In this document: in pieces, positions 37,526-47,524 of the stretch
Numbering within the stretch: position 1 is the first letter of the stretch
Layout: each line of letters begins with the position of its first letter
Translations under genes and position numbers: made by a program
Assembly: GCA_965249725.1 (NCBI GenBank)
Contig: OZ252251.1
Span: 1 to 64,000, forward strand
Source: Longimicrobiales bacterium
GTDB taxonomy: Bacteria > Gemmatimonadota > Gemmatimonadetes > Longimicrobiales > Gaopeijiaceae
Length of the DNA: 64,000 bases
Reading direction: 5' to 3'
The notes under the pieces: generated by a model
The model's database searches: none
What the model was told of the DNA's origin: nothing
Seen by the model: the letters and a program-made list of their open reading frames with translations, nothing else

Positions 37526-40036
37526 TCAGTCGGCGTCCGTAACCTTCCCTCCGAGCAGGTCCAGCTGGCCGGGCGAGCCCTCAGTAGCCGGCTCCCGACG
37601 TGCTCCGGCCTCTCCGTAGGCCCGCGTCACCTCCACCACCCTGTCGCCACCCTTCAGTTTCATCAGCCGACGCCCTTGGGTCCGTCGCCCCTGCGCCGGC
37701 ACGTCATCGACCACCAATCGCGTGACCTGGCCACCAGCGGTGACGATCATGACCTCGTCGCCCTCCAACACTTCGAGCGCAGACACGAGCGCACTCTCGT
37801 CGCCCGTCGGAACCGCCATGGTGCCTAGCCCGCCCCGTTTCTGGAGTGGAAAATCACTCACCTCAGTCCGCTTTCCGAGTCCCTCCTCGGTAACGCTCAT
37901 CACCCAAGCATCCCGGCGAATGAGGAGCAGCCCCACGACGATGTCCCCCTTCTTCAGATCGATTCCCTTCACACCCTGAGCCGTCCGCCCGAGCACGGAG
38001 AGGTCCGACTCGGGAAAGCGAATGGCTCTTCCCGACTTCGTTATGAGCATCACTTCTCCCGTCCCGTCAGAGAGCCGGACGTCGAGTACTCGGTCTCCGT
38101 CCTTCACACCCGAGGCGATCATTCCGCCGGCGCGCGGATTTCCGAACTCTGAGAGCTTGGTCCGCTTCATGACACCCTTCTCGGAGACGAACACGACCTC
38201 GCGCTCGGCACTCAGGTCATCCGCTGCCACCATGGTCACGATGGCATCACCACGGTCCGCCCGGGTCAACGCGTAGATGGACTGGCCCCTGGACGCCCTT
38301 CCTCCTTCGGGCACGTCCAGGACCGGAAGGAAGTGGACATGCCCTCCCTCGGTAAACGCGAGAAGCCATCCCTGCGTTCGCGCGACGAATATCCGTTCCA
38401 GGTAGTCGTCCTCGAAGCGCTCCATTCCGGCCAGAGCCTTCCCTGAGGACACGCGGCGACGGTAGAGGTGCATGGGGATGCGCTTGATGAATCCTTCGTG
38501 GCTCACCGTGATGACCACGTCTTCGTCCGCCACCGTGTCCTCCACGGCGACCTCCTCGGACTCATCGTCCTCCAAGATCACCGTGCGCCTATCGTCCCCG
38601 TACTTCTCGACGAGCTCATCGAGCTCCTCGAGCATGATCTCCAGCTTCCGGGCCTCGCTCTTGAGAATGCCCTTCAGCTCCTTGATGGTCGCCTTGAGCT
38701 CCTTGAGTCGCTTCTTGAGCTGGTCCTGCTCGAGGGCCGTGAGCTTGGCGAGACGCATGTTGAGAATGGCGTCGGCCTGGGTATCAGAAAGGCCCAGCAA
38801 GTCTCGTAGCCTCTCCGAGGCCTCCGATCGGTCCTTGGACTTCCGGATGATAGAGATGACCTCGTCGATGGCGTCGAGCGCCGCCACGAGCCCCTCCACG
38901 ATGTGCTTCTCCGCCTCGGCATGCTCCAGGTCGTGACGTGACCGCCTCTGGATGACCTCGATGCGATGGTCCCTGAAGCGCTCGAGGAGCTCGAGGAGTG
39001 TGAACTCCTTCGGCTCCCCACCATCGAGAGCAATCATGATGGCCCCGAAGGTGGACTGGAGGCTGGTCCTCTTGTGGAGGAGCTGGATCACCTTGGCGGC
39101 GATCGCTCCCCTCTTCAGCTCGACAACGAGCCGCAGTCCGTCGCGGTCCGACTCGTCGCGGATGTCTGAGATTTCGTCGGCTCGGCCCTTCCGTGCGAGG
39201 TCGGCAATCTGGTGAATGATCCGCGACTTGGAGACGGCGTAGGGAAGCTCTGTGACGACGAGCTGCTCCCTGCCACCCCTGAGGGCCTCCTTGACGATCC
39301 GGGCCCGCATGACGATCCGGCCTCGGCCCTTCTCGTACATATTGCGGATCCCGTCTCGGCCGACGACGAACCCACCGGTGGGAAAATCAGGACCCGGCAG
39401 GTGGCGCATCAAGACGTCCAACGACGGCTCCGGTTCTTCGATCAGAGCCCTGAGGGCGGAGGCCACTTCACGGAGGTTGTGAGGGGGAACGTTCGTGCTC
39501 AGTCCCACTGCGATCCCCGACGAGCCGTTGATCAGCAGGTTCGGCACCCGCGAAGGCAGAACGGTCGGCTCGGTTCGCTGGCCATCGAAGTTCTCAGCGA
39601 CCTCGACGGTCTCCTTCTCGATATCGGCCAGAATCTCCTCGGAGATCAGCGCGAGCTTGGCCTCGGTGTACCGGTACGCCGCAGCCGAGTCCCCGTCGAT
39701 CGAACCGAAGTTGCCCTGTCCGTCCACGAGTGGATACCGAAGCGAGAAGTCCTGAACCATACGGACCAACGCGTCGTAGACGGCCGAGTCTCCGTGGGGG
39801 TGATACTTGCCGAGCACGTCTCCGACCACCGTCGCGCATTTCTTATAGGGTCGATCCGGCCTCAGTCCCAATTCGTGCATGGCGAAGAGAATCCGCCGGT
39901 GAACGGGCTTCAGCCCGTCCCGCACATCCGGCAGAGCCCTCTGCACGATCACGCTCATGGAGTAGTCGAGGAATGATTCACGCATCTCCTCCTCGATGAG
40001 CCTCGGGAGGATGCGCTCGCGGGTCTGGGCCGTCAT
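37526..40036 (-). CDS. gyrA: Type IIA topoisomerase subunit A (GyrA/ParC family; GyrA-box degenerate)
   Basis: [36 protein letters not shown], beta-pinwheel CTD; start ATG 40036. Confidence 0.9.
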   Translation of the reverse strand: MTAQTRERILPRLIEEEMRESFLDYSMSVIVQRALPDVRDGLKPVHRRILFAMHELGLRPDRPYKKCATVVGDVLGKYHPHGDSAVYDALVRMVQDFSLRYPLVDGQGNFGSIDGDSAAAYRYTEAKLALISEEILADIEKETVEVAENFDGQRTEPTVLPSRVPNLLINGSSGIAVGLSTNVPPHNLREVASALRALIEEPEPSLDVLMRHLPGPDFPTGGFVVGRDGIRNMYEKGRGRIVMRARIVKEALRGGREQLVVTELPYAVSKSRIIHQIADLARKGRADEISDIRDESDRDGLRLVVELKRGAIAAKVIQLLHKRTSLQSTFGAIMIALDGGEPKEFTLLELLERFRDHRIEVIQRRSRHDLEHAEAEKHIVEGLVAALDAIDEVISIIRKSKDRSEASERLRDLLGLSDTQADAILNMRLAKLTALEQDQLKKRLKELKATIKELKGILKSEARKLEIMLEELDELVEKYGDDRRTVILEDDESEEVAVEDTVADEDVVITVSHEGFIKRIPMHLYRRRVSSGKALAGMERFEDDYLERIFVARTQGWLLAFTEGGHVHFLPVLDVPEGGRASRGQSIYALTRADRGDAIVTMVAADDLSAEREVVFVSEKGVMKRTKLSEFGNPRAGGMIASGVKDGDRVLDVRLSDGTGEVMLITKSGRAIRFPESDLSVLGRTAQGVKGIDLKKGDIVVGLLLIRRDAWVMSVTEEGLGKRTEVSDFPLQKRGGLGTMAVPTGDESALVSALEVLEGDEVMIVTAGGQVTRLVVDDVPAQGRRTQGRRLMKLKGGDRVVEVTRAYGEAGARREPATEGSPGQLDLLGGKVTDAD

Positions 40037-40137
40037 CACAACTCCTGCTGAGCCGAAGGCAAAGCGAAAATGGGCGCCTGATGACGCCACGTTGGGCGTA
40101 CGATCTCAGGTTCGCCGAGGCAAATCAAGCCGGGATC

Positions 40138-40176
40138 AAAAGGAAGAGCCGCGAGTCCTTTTCGACTCACGGCTCT
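40138..40176 (-). terminator. Rho-independent terminator after the sigma/anti-sigma pair
   Basis: Minus strand AGAGCCGTGAGTC-GAAAAG-GACTCGCGGCTCT-TCCTTTT. Confidence 0.7.
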
Positions 40177-40205
40177 CAGGTCCGTATAGGGACGAAGGCA
40201 GGGGA

Positions 40206-40523
40206 TCAGCCTCCCTGGGCGCCCCCCTCGGCCAACGCCTGGAGTATGCGTCCCTTCATCTCCTCGGAGGCACGCCCGTCCTTCTGCGAGCGTCCCAGGG
40301 CCTCGATGAAGTGCTTCTCGAACTGAGCCCTCGGGTAGCATGCCTTGCAGACGTCCAAGTGCCGGCGCACCTCTTCCTCCGATATGCCGTCCAACTCACC
40401 ATCCAGGTATTCGAATAGCCTGGCGGACGCCTCGTCACACGAGATCATTCCCCCCGCGGGCTCGCCGCCGTTGCCCTTCGCGGAAAGCCCGAGCAGTCGT
40501 TTCAGCCTCTCGAAAGCACTCAC
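40206..40523 (-). CDS. zf-HC2 (ZAS) anti-sigma factor
   Basis: C...LFEYLDGEL...HLDVCKAC (HxxxCxxC); directly after the ECF sigma. Confidence 0.9.
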   Translation of the reverse strand: MSAFERLKRLLGLSAKGNGGEPAGGMISCDEASARLFEYLDGELDGISEEEVRRHLDVCKACYPRAQFEKHFIEALGRSQKDGRASEEMKGRILQALAEGGAQGG

Positions 40524-41135
40524 CTAAGCGTCCCCCACTGCTTCGGAGATGTATCCCATCTCCACGGCATATGCATGGAGTCGATCCTGGAGCTGTCTGC
40601 GGCCCCTGAACAGTCGACTCTTAACAGTCCCGACCGGAATCTCCATGATCTCGGCTATCTCGTTGTATGAAAGGTCCTCGAGGTCAGATAGCACCACGGC
40701 CACCCTGTACTCGTCGGGCAGATCATCGATGGCGCGAAGAATCTCGTCGTCGACGATCGAACTGAAGAACTCACCCTCTGGATCGGCACCCTTGGAGGCT
40801 GCGAACACCGGAGCTTCTCGGGACAGAGCCTTGGGATCCTCGTAGGCCGTCTCCGTCAGGATCTCGTCGTGGCGTTGTCCCCGCTCTCGCTTCCGGAGGA
40901 ACACGTTCCTGCAGATGGTGAAGAGCCAGCTCTTGCATCGCGTTCCCGGCGTGTACTGCTCCCAAGCTCTGAAGGCTCGGAAATAGGTGTCCTGTACCAG
41001 GTCCTCCGCGCCATCCTGGGTTCCAGCCAGACGGAGGGCGAACCTGTACACGGCATCCATATGGGGGATCGCTTCCTCGAGGAAGCTCGCCCCCTGCTGG
41101 TTCACGTCGTTCGGAAGTGGTTCGCTGCTCGTCAC
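40524..41135 (-). CDS. ECF RNA polymerase sigma-70 factor (SigR/SigH-like)
   Basis: AEDLVQDT, KSWLFTI, LSYNEIAEIMEIPVGTVKSRLFRGR. Confidence 0.95.
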   Translation of the reverse strand: MTSSEPLPNDVNQQGASFLEEAIPHMDAVYRFALRLAGTQDGAEDLVQDTYFRAFRAWEQYTPGTRCKSWLFTICRNVFLRKRERGQRHDEILTETAYEDPKALSREAPVFAASKGADPEGEFFSSIVDDEILRAIDDLPDEYRVAVVLSDLEDLSYNEIAEIMEIPVGTVKSRLFRGRRQLQDRLHAYAVEMGYISEAVGDA

Positions 41136-41164
41136 AGGTCTCGGCGCAGAGTGATGCAGAATGA

Positions 41165-41189
41165 AGACACGGTGAAGCTAGTTGGTTCC
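41165..41189 (-). promoter_or_regulatory. Candidate ECF-type autoregulatory promoter
   Basis: Minus strand GGAAC-N16-GTCT, 30 bp upstream of the sigma start. Confidence 0.5.
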
Positions 41190-41192
41190 AGA

Positions 41193-41615
41193 TCAGTCCG
41201 GAAAGACGAACTCCCTAGCCAACTCGTCGGTGACCGGCCCCTCGGTCACCAGTTCGATCAGGGCCTGCATCTCCCGACCGAGATCTTCGAGACGTGACAG
41301 CACTGAGAAGGCGTGCGCGAAATCGAAGTACGCTGCGACCGCTCCTTCGTGCGCGGGATGGGTGGTCGTGACGGTGGACTCCATCTCCTCTCGGAGGAGC
41401 TCTACGATGACCGCCACCGTCGCACGGAGGGCCCGCTGCTCAGCGAGCGTCCCGATGGACAAGTCGCCGCTCAGGTGGGGGAGGAGGGCGGCAACCCGCT
41501 CGCATACCTCAGGTGGGGCGGCAACGATCCCTGCTTCCGGCGCGTAGCCGTCGAGGATCTGCCTGGCACCAGCCTTCAGTGCCGTCAGTTCCTCGAAGTT
41601 GCAGTGCACGATCAC
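41193..41615 (-). CDS. Hypothetical protein
   Basis: GGGGAG RBS, helical coding-like ORF. Confidence 0.7.
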   Translation of the reverse strand: MIVHCNFEELTALKAGARQILDGYAPEAGIVAAPPEVCERVAALLPHLSGDLSIGTLAEQRALRATVAVIVELLREEMESTVTTTHPAHEGAVAAYFDFAHAFSVLSRLEDLGREMQALIELVTEGPVTDELAREFVFPD

Positions 41616-41743
41616 GGCTCGCTCCCCGTTGCTGGGCTTCCCCCTCCTTATCTACATATTTCATGGCGTGATTGTTTCTGCAAGCACAGCGTTCAGTTCA
41701 GGGTTCAAGCACGGTGCTTTGGCCCAGTGTGCTAGCCCAGGCT

Positions 41744-42160
41744 TCAAGCAAGAGCGCCCCGGAGCTTCGGAGGTCCGTCGACGACCAGAGGAATGGAGAC
41801 GTGGTGTTCTCCGTCGACCTTGACGTCGAAGCTGTAGCGACCGGGCTCCGGGAACACGAGTCCGTCGAGATTGAGAACATGAGGGACCCGGATGCCCTCT
41901 CCCGCATCCGAGCCACCCCCGAGCTGCATCTCTCCGTTCAACGACAGCACCTCAGCCCCGTCCGGATCCGAGAGACGGATCTCCATCTCGTGCGTCCCCA
42001 TCTCCGAGGTGCCGGCGGTAAGACGCAGCACGAGCGCGATGCGTCCGTGCTGGGCCGGGAACTGGCTCACGCCGATACGATCGAAGACGCCCAGGATGTT
42101 CATCTTCCCGGTAGCATCGATCGTGGCGGCGTCGGCCAGCAGAGCCAGATCTACCTCCAT
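41744..42160 (-). CDS. DUF6941-like beta-sandwich protein
   Basis: LALLADAA...GKMNILGVFDRI...FPEPGRY; start ATG 42160. Confidence 0.72.
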   Translation of the reverse strand: MEVDLALLADAATIDATGKMNILGVFDRIGVSQFPAQHGRIALVLRLTAGTSEMGTHEMEIRLSDPDGAEVLSLNGEMQLGGGSDAGEGIRVPHVLNLDGLVFPEPGRYSFDVKVDGEHHVSIPLVVDGPPKLRGALA

Positions 42161-42188
42161 GTCATCTCCCTTACCCGATTCGGCGGAC

Positions 42189-42917
42189 CTAGGACAGTAA
42201 CCGTTCCTTGAGTGCGAGCCCGGCCACCAGGTCGATGAGCATGTGCGCGACCATGGGTGGCCAGAGGCTACCCGTGTAGAGGAAGGCCGCACCCAGGATC
42301 AGTCCGACGACCGCCGTGCGGACCACACCGATCGCCCCCTGGTAAGCGTGGAGCACCCCAAAGCTCGCCGAGGTAACGACCAGGGCAAGTGGGGCCGATC
42401 CCGTCGCCACGACGAGCGCCGAGATCGCGTACCCTCGGTATGCCATCTCCTCGCCGAAGCCGGCACATAGGGACAGGGCTGCGAAGAGTCCCTTCTCCTT
42501 GGTCGTGACCGGCATGAGCTCGTGCACGAGCGGGGTCTCTTTACCGCCGACGGCTCTCCGGATGCTGCGAAACCCCAGCAGCGTACCGACGCCGGCCCCG
42601 AGCAGCAGTACGGTCCAAACGAGGTTGTCGCCTGAGATCGGCGCGTCGAGCCCCATGCCTGGCAATCCTACCAGGCGTCGTCCCATGAACAGTCCGAGAA
42701 TCCCCAGCAGGAGAATCGTGGACCCGGAGTTCAGATAGGCCGGAACTCTCTGGATGACGATCCCACGGGCCAGCGCCATCTGGCCCAAAGCGAGGGCGGG
42801 AAGAAGCTCCAAGAGGCCCACCAGGAAGAAAGCATCGAGCGCTCCGAGCGCAGTCACCTTCCACAAGACCAGCGCGATGACGGGATAGGCGAGAAGCCCG
42901 GCGAGCGCGATCCTCAC
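42189..42917 (-). CDS. CPBP (CAAX/Abi) intramembrane metalloprotease
   Basis: GFGEEMAYRG, FGVLHAYQG, AHMLID; multiple TMs. Confidence 0.9.
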   Translation of the reverse strand: MRIALAGLLAYPVIALVLWKVTALGALDAFFLVGLLELLPALALGQMALARGIVIQRVPAYLNSGSTILLLGILGLFMGRRLVGLPGMGLDAPISGDNLVWTVLLLGAGVGTLLGFRSIRRAVGGKETPLVHELMPVTTKEKGLFAALSLCAGFGEEMAYRGYAISALVVATGSAPLALVVTSASFGVLHAYQGAIGVVRTAVVGLILGAAFLYTGSLWPPMVAHMLIDLVAGLALKERLLS

Positions 42918-44368
42918 CCGAGCAACTCCCGTCCGAGCTCCTCCGCCCTGCGGAGCGTGCCCACCACGTCCTCCCGGGTCGATGTGTAGTTCATTACGCA
43001 GATGCGCAGTGAGTAACGTCCCCTCAGGCGTGTGGAGGAAACCATCGCATAGCCGCTCGCTACGATGCGATTCTGAATCTCGACGTTGAGCTCCTCGAGA
43101 GCGGACGCGTCCAGGCCGTGCCCGTCCGGGCTGAAGCGATAGCAGACGACCCCTAGACTCGCCGGGCTGAGAAGCTCGAGTTCCGAAGAGCTCCGCACGT
43201 AGAGCTCTGCCTCACGTGCCAGATCGATCGACCCCTGAATGGCCTCCCGGAACGCCCCCATCCCGAAGGACTTGATCGACATCCAGACCTTCAGCGCACG
43301 GAAGGACCGGGAGAGCTGCAGACCGCGCTCACCGAAGTTGACATGATCGCTGCCCATCCGAGTATCCTGGAGGTACTCGGGGCGCGTGCTGAAGGCCGAC
43401 TCGAGTACCGCGGCGTCGCGAACGAGCAGGCACCCCGTCTCATACGACTGAAACAACCACTTGTGCGGATCCAGGGTAACGCTGTCCGCGAGCTCGATTC
43501 CGTCCAAAGCGGACCGGCCCTGCTCGGTGAGCACGGCGAAGCCGCCGTACGCCGCATCGACGTGCATCCAGAGCCCCTCCTCCTCGCAGAGTCGACCTAA
43601 ATCACGAAGCGGATCCACCACCCCCGTGTTGGTCGCTCCGCCGTTCGCAGTGACCAACAGTGGGTGGCGCCCGGCCTCCCGGTCCTGTCGTATCGTCTGC
43701 CGCAGAGCGTCGAGGTCCAGTCGGTACTGATCGTCGCTCGGAACGGAACGCACGGCCTCAGACCCGAATCCTGCGATGCGGGCTGCCCGCGCGAGCGAGG
43801 AGTGCGCCTGATCCGAGTGATAAAGCACGGGGTCGGCGGGATGACCATGGCTGGCCCGAGCTGCGACCAACGCATCGAGGTTCGCCGCGGAGCCACCACT
43901 GGTGAAGACGCCGCCTGACGACTCGGGCAAGCCGAGCCAATCACGAAACCAGTCGAGCACCACCAACTCGATCTGGCTCGGGCCGGCGGACTCGAGCCAT
44001 GTCCCCTGGAACACATTGAAGCCGGTCGCCAGCATGTCCGCCAACACGGTGGGCCAAGTGGGGGAGGAGGGCACGAAGGCGAAGAAGCGGGGATGGTCGA
44101 TCCGGCCCGCGAAGTGCATGACCTCCTTCGCCGCACGTTCCATGACTTCCTGGGGGGGGGAGCCCTCCTCGGGAGCGTCCTCTCGGAACCGCGCCTCCAT
44201 CTCCTCGCGCGTGGCACCCGCCCACGCCACCTCGTCCCGCAAGGTGGCCCACCGATCCACGATGAGGTCGATGGCCGCATAGCCGAGGCGTCGCATCTCG
44301 TCGCTCTCCAGAACGAGTCCGCTCTCCTCAGGCGGCTGCTCCCGTTCGTCCATTGTTCGTTCCACCAT
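42914..44368 (-). CDS. Group II PLP-dependent (aromatic) amino-acid decarboxylase
   Basis: HPRFFAFVP, SGGSAAN, HVDAAYGG, LDPHKWLF, LSRSFRALKVW. Confidence 0.92.
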   Translation of the reverse strand: MVERTMDEREQPPEESGLVLESDEMRRLGYAAIDLIVDRWATLRDEVAWAGATREEMEARFREDAPEEGSPPQEVMERAAKEVMHFAGRIDHPRFFAFVPSSPTWPTVLADMLATGFNVFQGTWLESAGPSQIELVVLDWFRDWLGLPESSGGVFTSGGSAANLDALVAARASHGHPADPVLYHSDQAHSSLARAARIAGFGSEAVRSVPSDDQYRLDLDALRQTIRQDREAGRHPLLVTANGGATNTGVVDPLRDLGRLCEEEGLWMHVDAAYGGFAVLTEQGRSALDGIELADSVTLDPHKWLFQSYETGCLLVRDAAVLESAFSTRPEYLQDTRMGSDHVNFGERGLQLSRSFRALKVWMSIKSFGMGAFREAIQGSIDLAREAELYVRSSSELELLSPASLGVVCYRFSPDGHGLDASALEELNVEIQNRIVASGYAMVSSTRLRGRYSLRICVMNYTSTREDVVGTLRRAEELGRELLG

Positions 44369-44423
44369 GCCTCGCTAGCGTATGACATCCTGCTCGAACA
44401 TCCACCCCACCACCGGAAGGCAT

Positions 44424-44750
44424 ATGGCGACCGTCACCCAAGAGCACAAGGCGGTTTTCCGCGTCTTGGATGCGATGGACGCCCCACACGGGGGCCGTCT
44501 GCTCAAGCTCCGTTTCCAATCCGGCGAAGCTCCCCGGACCCGTGAACTCAAGGGCGCGACGTTTCGGGCTGACTCACCCGACGGCCAGAGGTCGTGTCGG
44601 ATTCGTGTGGACGGTTTCGCGTTGTTCGGTGGCCGGCCTTCAGACGATCGAATCCACCGTACCGGACGCGTGGACGTTCACGTCTCGGCCGTGGAGGGTG
44701 ATGCAGGCGCCATCAGCCTCAAGTGGGAGGTCTCGGGGCCCCTTCCCTAG
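44424..44750 (+). CDS. Hypothetical protein
   Basis: GGAAGG RBS, ATG 44424; coding-like ORF. Confidence 0.65.
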   Translation: MATVTQEHKAVFRVLDAMDAPHGGRLLKLRFQSGEAPRTRELKGATFRADSPDGQRSCRIRVDGFALFGGRPSDDRIHRTGRVDVHVSAVEGDAGAISLKWEVSGPLP

Positions 44751-44801
44751 GGGCGGTTGTAGGGGCGTTGTAGGAGCGTTGTAGGGGCGTTGTAGGGGCG
44801 T
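44748..44801. repeat. 11-bp tandem repeat (TGTAGGGGCGT), about 4-5 copies, between convergent genes
   Basis: Seen directly in the sequence. Confidence 0.9.
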
Positions 44802-44826
44802 CGCTTGAAAGGACCCGGGCGCGGTG

Positions 44827-45531
44827 CTATCGGAGCCCCGGAGGCTCCCGCTCGAACGTCTCCAGGAACCACCGGCGGTACTCCTCCTGCTGTCCCGGAT
44901 TGGCATTCAGCCAGGCGGTCCTCTCGTCCTCGAACTCGTCGGGACGTGAGGTGAGGATGAGCGCCTCCAAGAAGCCGTTCTCCCGCGCATACATGAGCTC
45001 ATCCAGGGGCCCGTAGGGCGTCATGTCGAAAAGCGCCCTGCCGTACAACCACGCGTCGGCGACTCGGGTCAGAATCGCCTTCTCGAGCTCATATCCCTCG
45101 GCCTCCTCCGCCTCCGGAAGGAACTCGTCGAGCCTCTCCATCTTCTTCATGAGATGGTAGTGGCCGTAGAAGGCCATGATCGAGCCCGACTCCGGGGCCA
45201 CCGAAGGTACCATGACGTAGGCGGTGTCCTCGCTGATGGTCAGGCCATCCCAAGGATAAGTCTCGACCGGCGTGGGACGCTCGACGATCCAGAAGGACGG
45301 ATCGAGCGTGATGTTCTCCTGCTGGTCCCTCACCCAGAGGTCGATCTGGGACAGTCGAGCCTGGTCGGCCTGCAGCCTGGCACCGGACCGGACGATGAGA
45401 GAGCGGGGAGCGGGAAGAGGTGCTACGGTCGTGCAAGCACCCACGATCAGGAGGGCCACGGAGGACCAACGTCGCGCAGAGAGCCCCTGAAGACGCCGCA
45501 GCGGGTTACGACTAGGGTGTTCAAACGTCAT
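44827..45531 (-). CDS. Hypothetical lipoprotein
   Basis: WSSVALLIVGAC lipobox-like; start uncertain. Confidence 0.65.
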   Translation of the reverse strand: MTFEHPSRNPLRRLQGLSARRWSSVALLIVGACTTVAPLPAPRSLIVRSGARLQADQARLSQIDLWVRDQQENITLDPSFWIVERPTPVETYPWDGLTISEDTAYVMVPSVAPESGSIMAFYGHYHLMKKMERLDEFLPEAEEAEGYELEKAILTRVADAWLYGRALFDMTPYGPLDELMYARENGFLEALILTSRPDEFEDERTAWLNANPGQQEEYRRWFLETFEREPPGLR

Positions 45532-45651
45532 AGCAGATCTAACTCCCAGCACCTTGGGTCCGAAAATGCTTGACACCCCAACATCGCGGAGCGGAATTGG
45601 GGGTCCAAACAGAATTATCTAGATGTCATATACGACACGATAGTAGGAAAA

Positions 45652-46203
45652 ATGACCGAGGCCACCCGGGAGTTCCATGCTCCCCAGACGATAACACCTG
45701 AGAACCTCGGTGACGACCTCGCCCGGCTGGTTTGGGAGAGCTTCACCGATTTCGTCTCGGAAGGCGAAAGCGAGTCCGCGCTTAGTGGCTTGGGTTTGGT
45801 CGATCTCGAAGGCGAGCCCGATCAGCGCGCGGTCGAAGAGGCACTCATCTTCGTCATGTGGGCCCACACGAGAGGGGCTCAGCAGGCCTTCGTCGGGCGG
45901 GCACCGGCCGACTTGCTGAAGGGAACCCTCGACGCCCTGCATTCTGCAGTCTTCGAGGACATGGTGGAAAACGGGACCCCAGAGGCCCAACTCCCCTTCT
46001 TCGAGCAGAGAGTGGGCGCTCGCTACGCGGAGTATCACGCAGCGGCAGCCGACTCCGACACGCACCTGGGCGAGGCCGTCGTGCAATACCTGACGGGGGA
46101 CCCCAAACCTCAGGCCCACCTGACGCTGGCTATCACCGAGCGGGCCGTCGAGGTCGCGGGTCCGTTGCGCGATTATCTGGAGGACATCGAACTCGTTCCC
46201 TGA
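45652..46203 (+). CDS. Hypothetical protein
   Basis: AGGA RBS, acidic helical ORF. Confidence 0.7.
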   Translation: MTEATREFHAPQTITPENLGDDLARLVWESFTDFVSEGESESALSGLGLVDLEGEPDQRAVEEALIFVMWAHTRGAQQAFVGRAPADLLKGTLDALHSAVFEDMVENGTPEAQLPFFEQRVGARYAEYHAAAADSDTHLGEAVVQYLTGDPKPQAHLTLAITERAVEVAGPLRDYLEDIELVP

Positions 46204-46206
46204 GTT

Positions 46207-46287
46207 CTATTCTTCCGAAGGCCCCTGGTCGATCCGGTCGTTCATCCTCCGTCGGAACTCCTCGAAGACCTCGATTCGATCACTCAC
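46207..46287 (-). pseudogene. 26-aa remnant, probably of a carboxymuconolactone decarboxylase/AhpD-like gene
   Basis: GTG overlaps the upstream stop; MSDRIEVFEEFRRRMNDRI resembles the F..FR.RMN.RI N-terminus of that family, then DQGPSEE*. Confidence 0.5.
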
Positions 46288-46492
46288 CGCGCACCGGCTC
46301 CTCTTCTTGGGAACTCCCCTTCCACTTCATGATCTCGAAAGGACTACGGCAGTCCAGACACCAGTAGGTGGAGACCGAGAGCTGGGAACCGAACGGATTC
46401 ACCAACTCCGTTCGGGTCCCCTCACAAAAGGGACACGAAGGCGACGCGGGCAATCCTCCCGGTCGGGGATTCGCCTCCCGAATCTCCTTCAT
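46280..46492 (-). CDS. Stand-alone PaaD C-terminal zinc-ribbon protein
   Basis: CPFC...FGS...YWCLDCRSPFEIMK. Confidence 0.82.
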   Translation of the reverse strand: MKEIREANPRPGGLPASPSCPFCEGTRTELVNPFGSQLSVSTYWCLDCRSPFEIMKWKGSSQEEEPVRGE

Positions 46493-47286
46493 TCGACGAG
46501 AAGCATACGGTTGAGATCACCTCGCGCCCGCGACACGGACTCCTCGTCGGGGCAGCCGGGTCCCCTACCCCGTTCGGAGTCCCACCCCTCGCGATCGGGC
46601 TCCACGGACTCAACGTCGACTCCGACCAGCGAGAGCACCTCTCCGAAACGCTCGGCGTAGCGGGTGCGCAGCACCCCTCCGTCGGGAACCAGTCCAGAGC
46701 CGGCCTGAGCCTGGCCCACCTCGTCGTCGGGCGTCAGCCAGGCCAATGTCCGCGCGAGCATGGACTCCACGGCCTCCCGTAGCCTGGATCGTCCCCCGTC
46801 CGTCCCGGCCAGCTTTCGGAACCAGGCGACTCCGAGGTCGTGATGGAACGTCTCTTCGGCGAGCATCTTGGGGATGCGTGAACGGGTCGGTTCATAGACT
46901 CCTTCCGAGAAGCCCTCTAGGGCCACAGACAGTGCACCGTCAACGACCACGCAGGCCGCGACGACGTCCGCCCAATCCGCCAGGGGCGCATCCAGGGCAT
47001 CGGGATTCGCGTACTCCTCCGCTTTCCGTTCATGCTCCACGACCACCGGGTCCATGCCGAAGTCCTTGAGCATCGCGTACAGAAGGCGGGCATGTCCCCA
47101 CTCGTCTTGGGCCATGGAGGACGCAGCGATACCCGTCTCGATCGACGGTGCACCGAGAAGCCAATCGGAGTACCGGATGCCCATGAGCCGCTTTCCGTCG
47201 GCCAGGGAGAGAATCGCCCTACGGAGTCCCTCTCGGGCAGCCGGCTCCATATCCTGAACGCTCTTGAACGTCGTCTCGGCGCTCAC
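46489..47286 (-). CDS. paaC: Phenylacetyl-CoA epoxidase subunit C-like
   Basis: LADGK, W..GAPSIE..IA.SSMAQDEWGHAR, EETFH; GTG 47286. Confidence 0.82.
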   Translation of the reverse strand: MSAETTFKSVQDMEPAAREGLRRAILSLADGKRLMGIRYSDWLLGAPSIETGIAASSMAQDEWGHARLLYAMLKDFGMDPVVVEHERKAEEYANPDALDAPLADWADVVAACVVVDGALSVALEGFSEGVYEPTRSRIPKMLAEETFHHDLGVAWFRKLAGTDGGRSRLREAVESMLARTLAWLTPDDEVGQAQAGSGLVPDGGVLRTRYAERFGEVLSLVGVDVESVEPDREGWDSERGRGPGCPDEESVSRARGDLNRMLLVE

Positions 47287-47504
47287 TGGGGACTCCCCCC
47301 CGTTGCGAACGGACCATCCGTCCGATTCACCGGGATGATGGCCGAGCGCGGGACCACACACATCTCGAACCACCGTTCCTCGTCGTAGGTCTTCCACGCA
47401 TAGACACGCGCCATCTCGTCGTCGAGCGCGTTCAAGTACCCGACGTGGCGGAGCGGCTCCCCGCGCTCCTTCCGGGCGAATACATCGTAGAGTGCCTCGT
47501 CCAT
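47283..47504 (-). CDS. paaB: Phenylacetyl-CoA epoxidase subunit B-like
   Basis: YDVFARKERGEPLRHVGYLNA.D.EMA...VVPRSAI. Confidence 0.82.
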   Translation of the reverse strand: MDEALYDVFARKERGEPLRHVGYLNALDDEMARVYAWKTYDEERWFEMCVVPRSAIIPVNRTDGPFATGGSPQ

Positions 47505-47524
47505 TCGATCGGTCCTCTTCTCGT

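Noticed and set aside
42189..42917. Abi/CAAX protein as phage defence
   Set aside because: A common membrane protease family in a housekeeping context.
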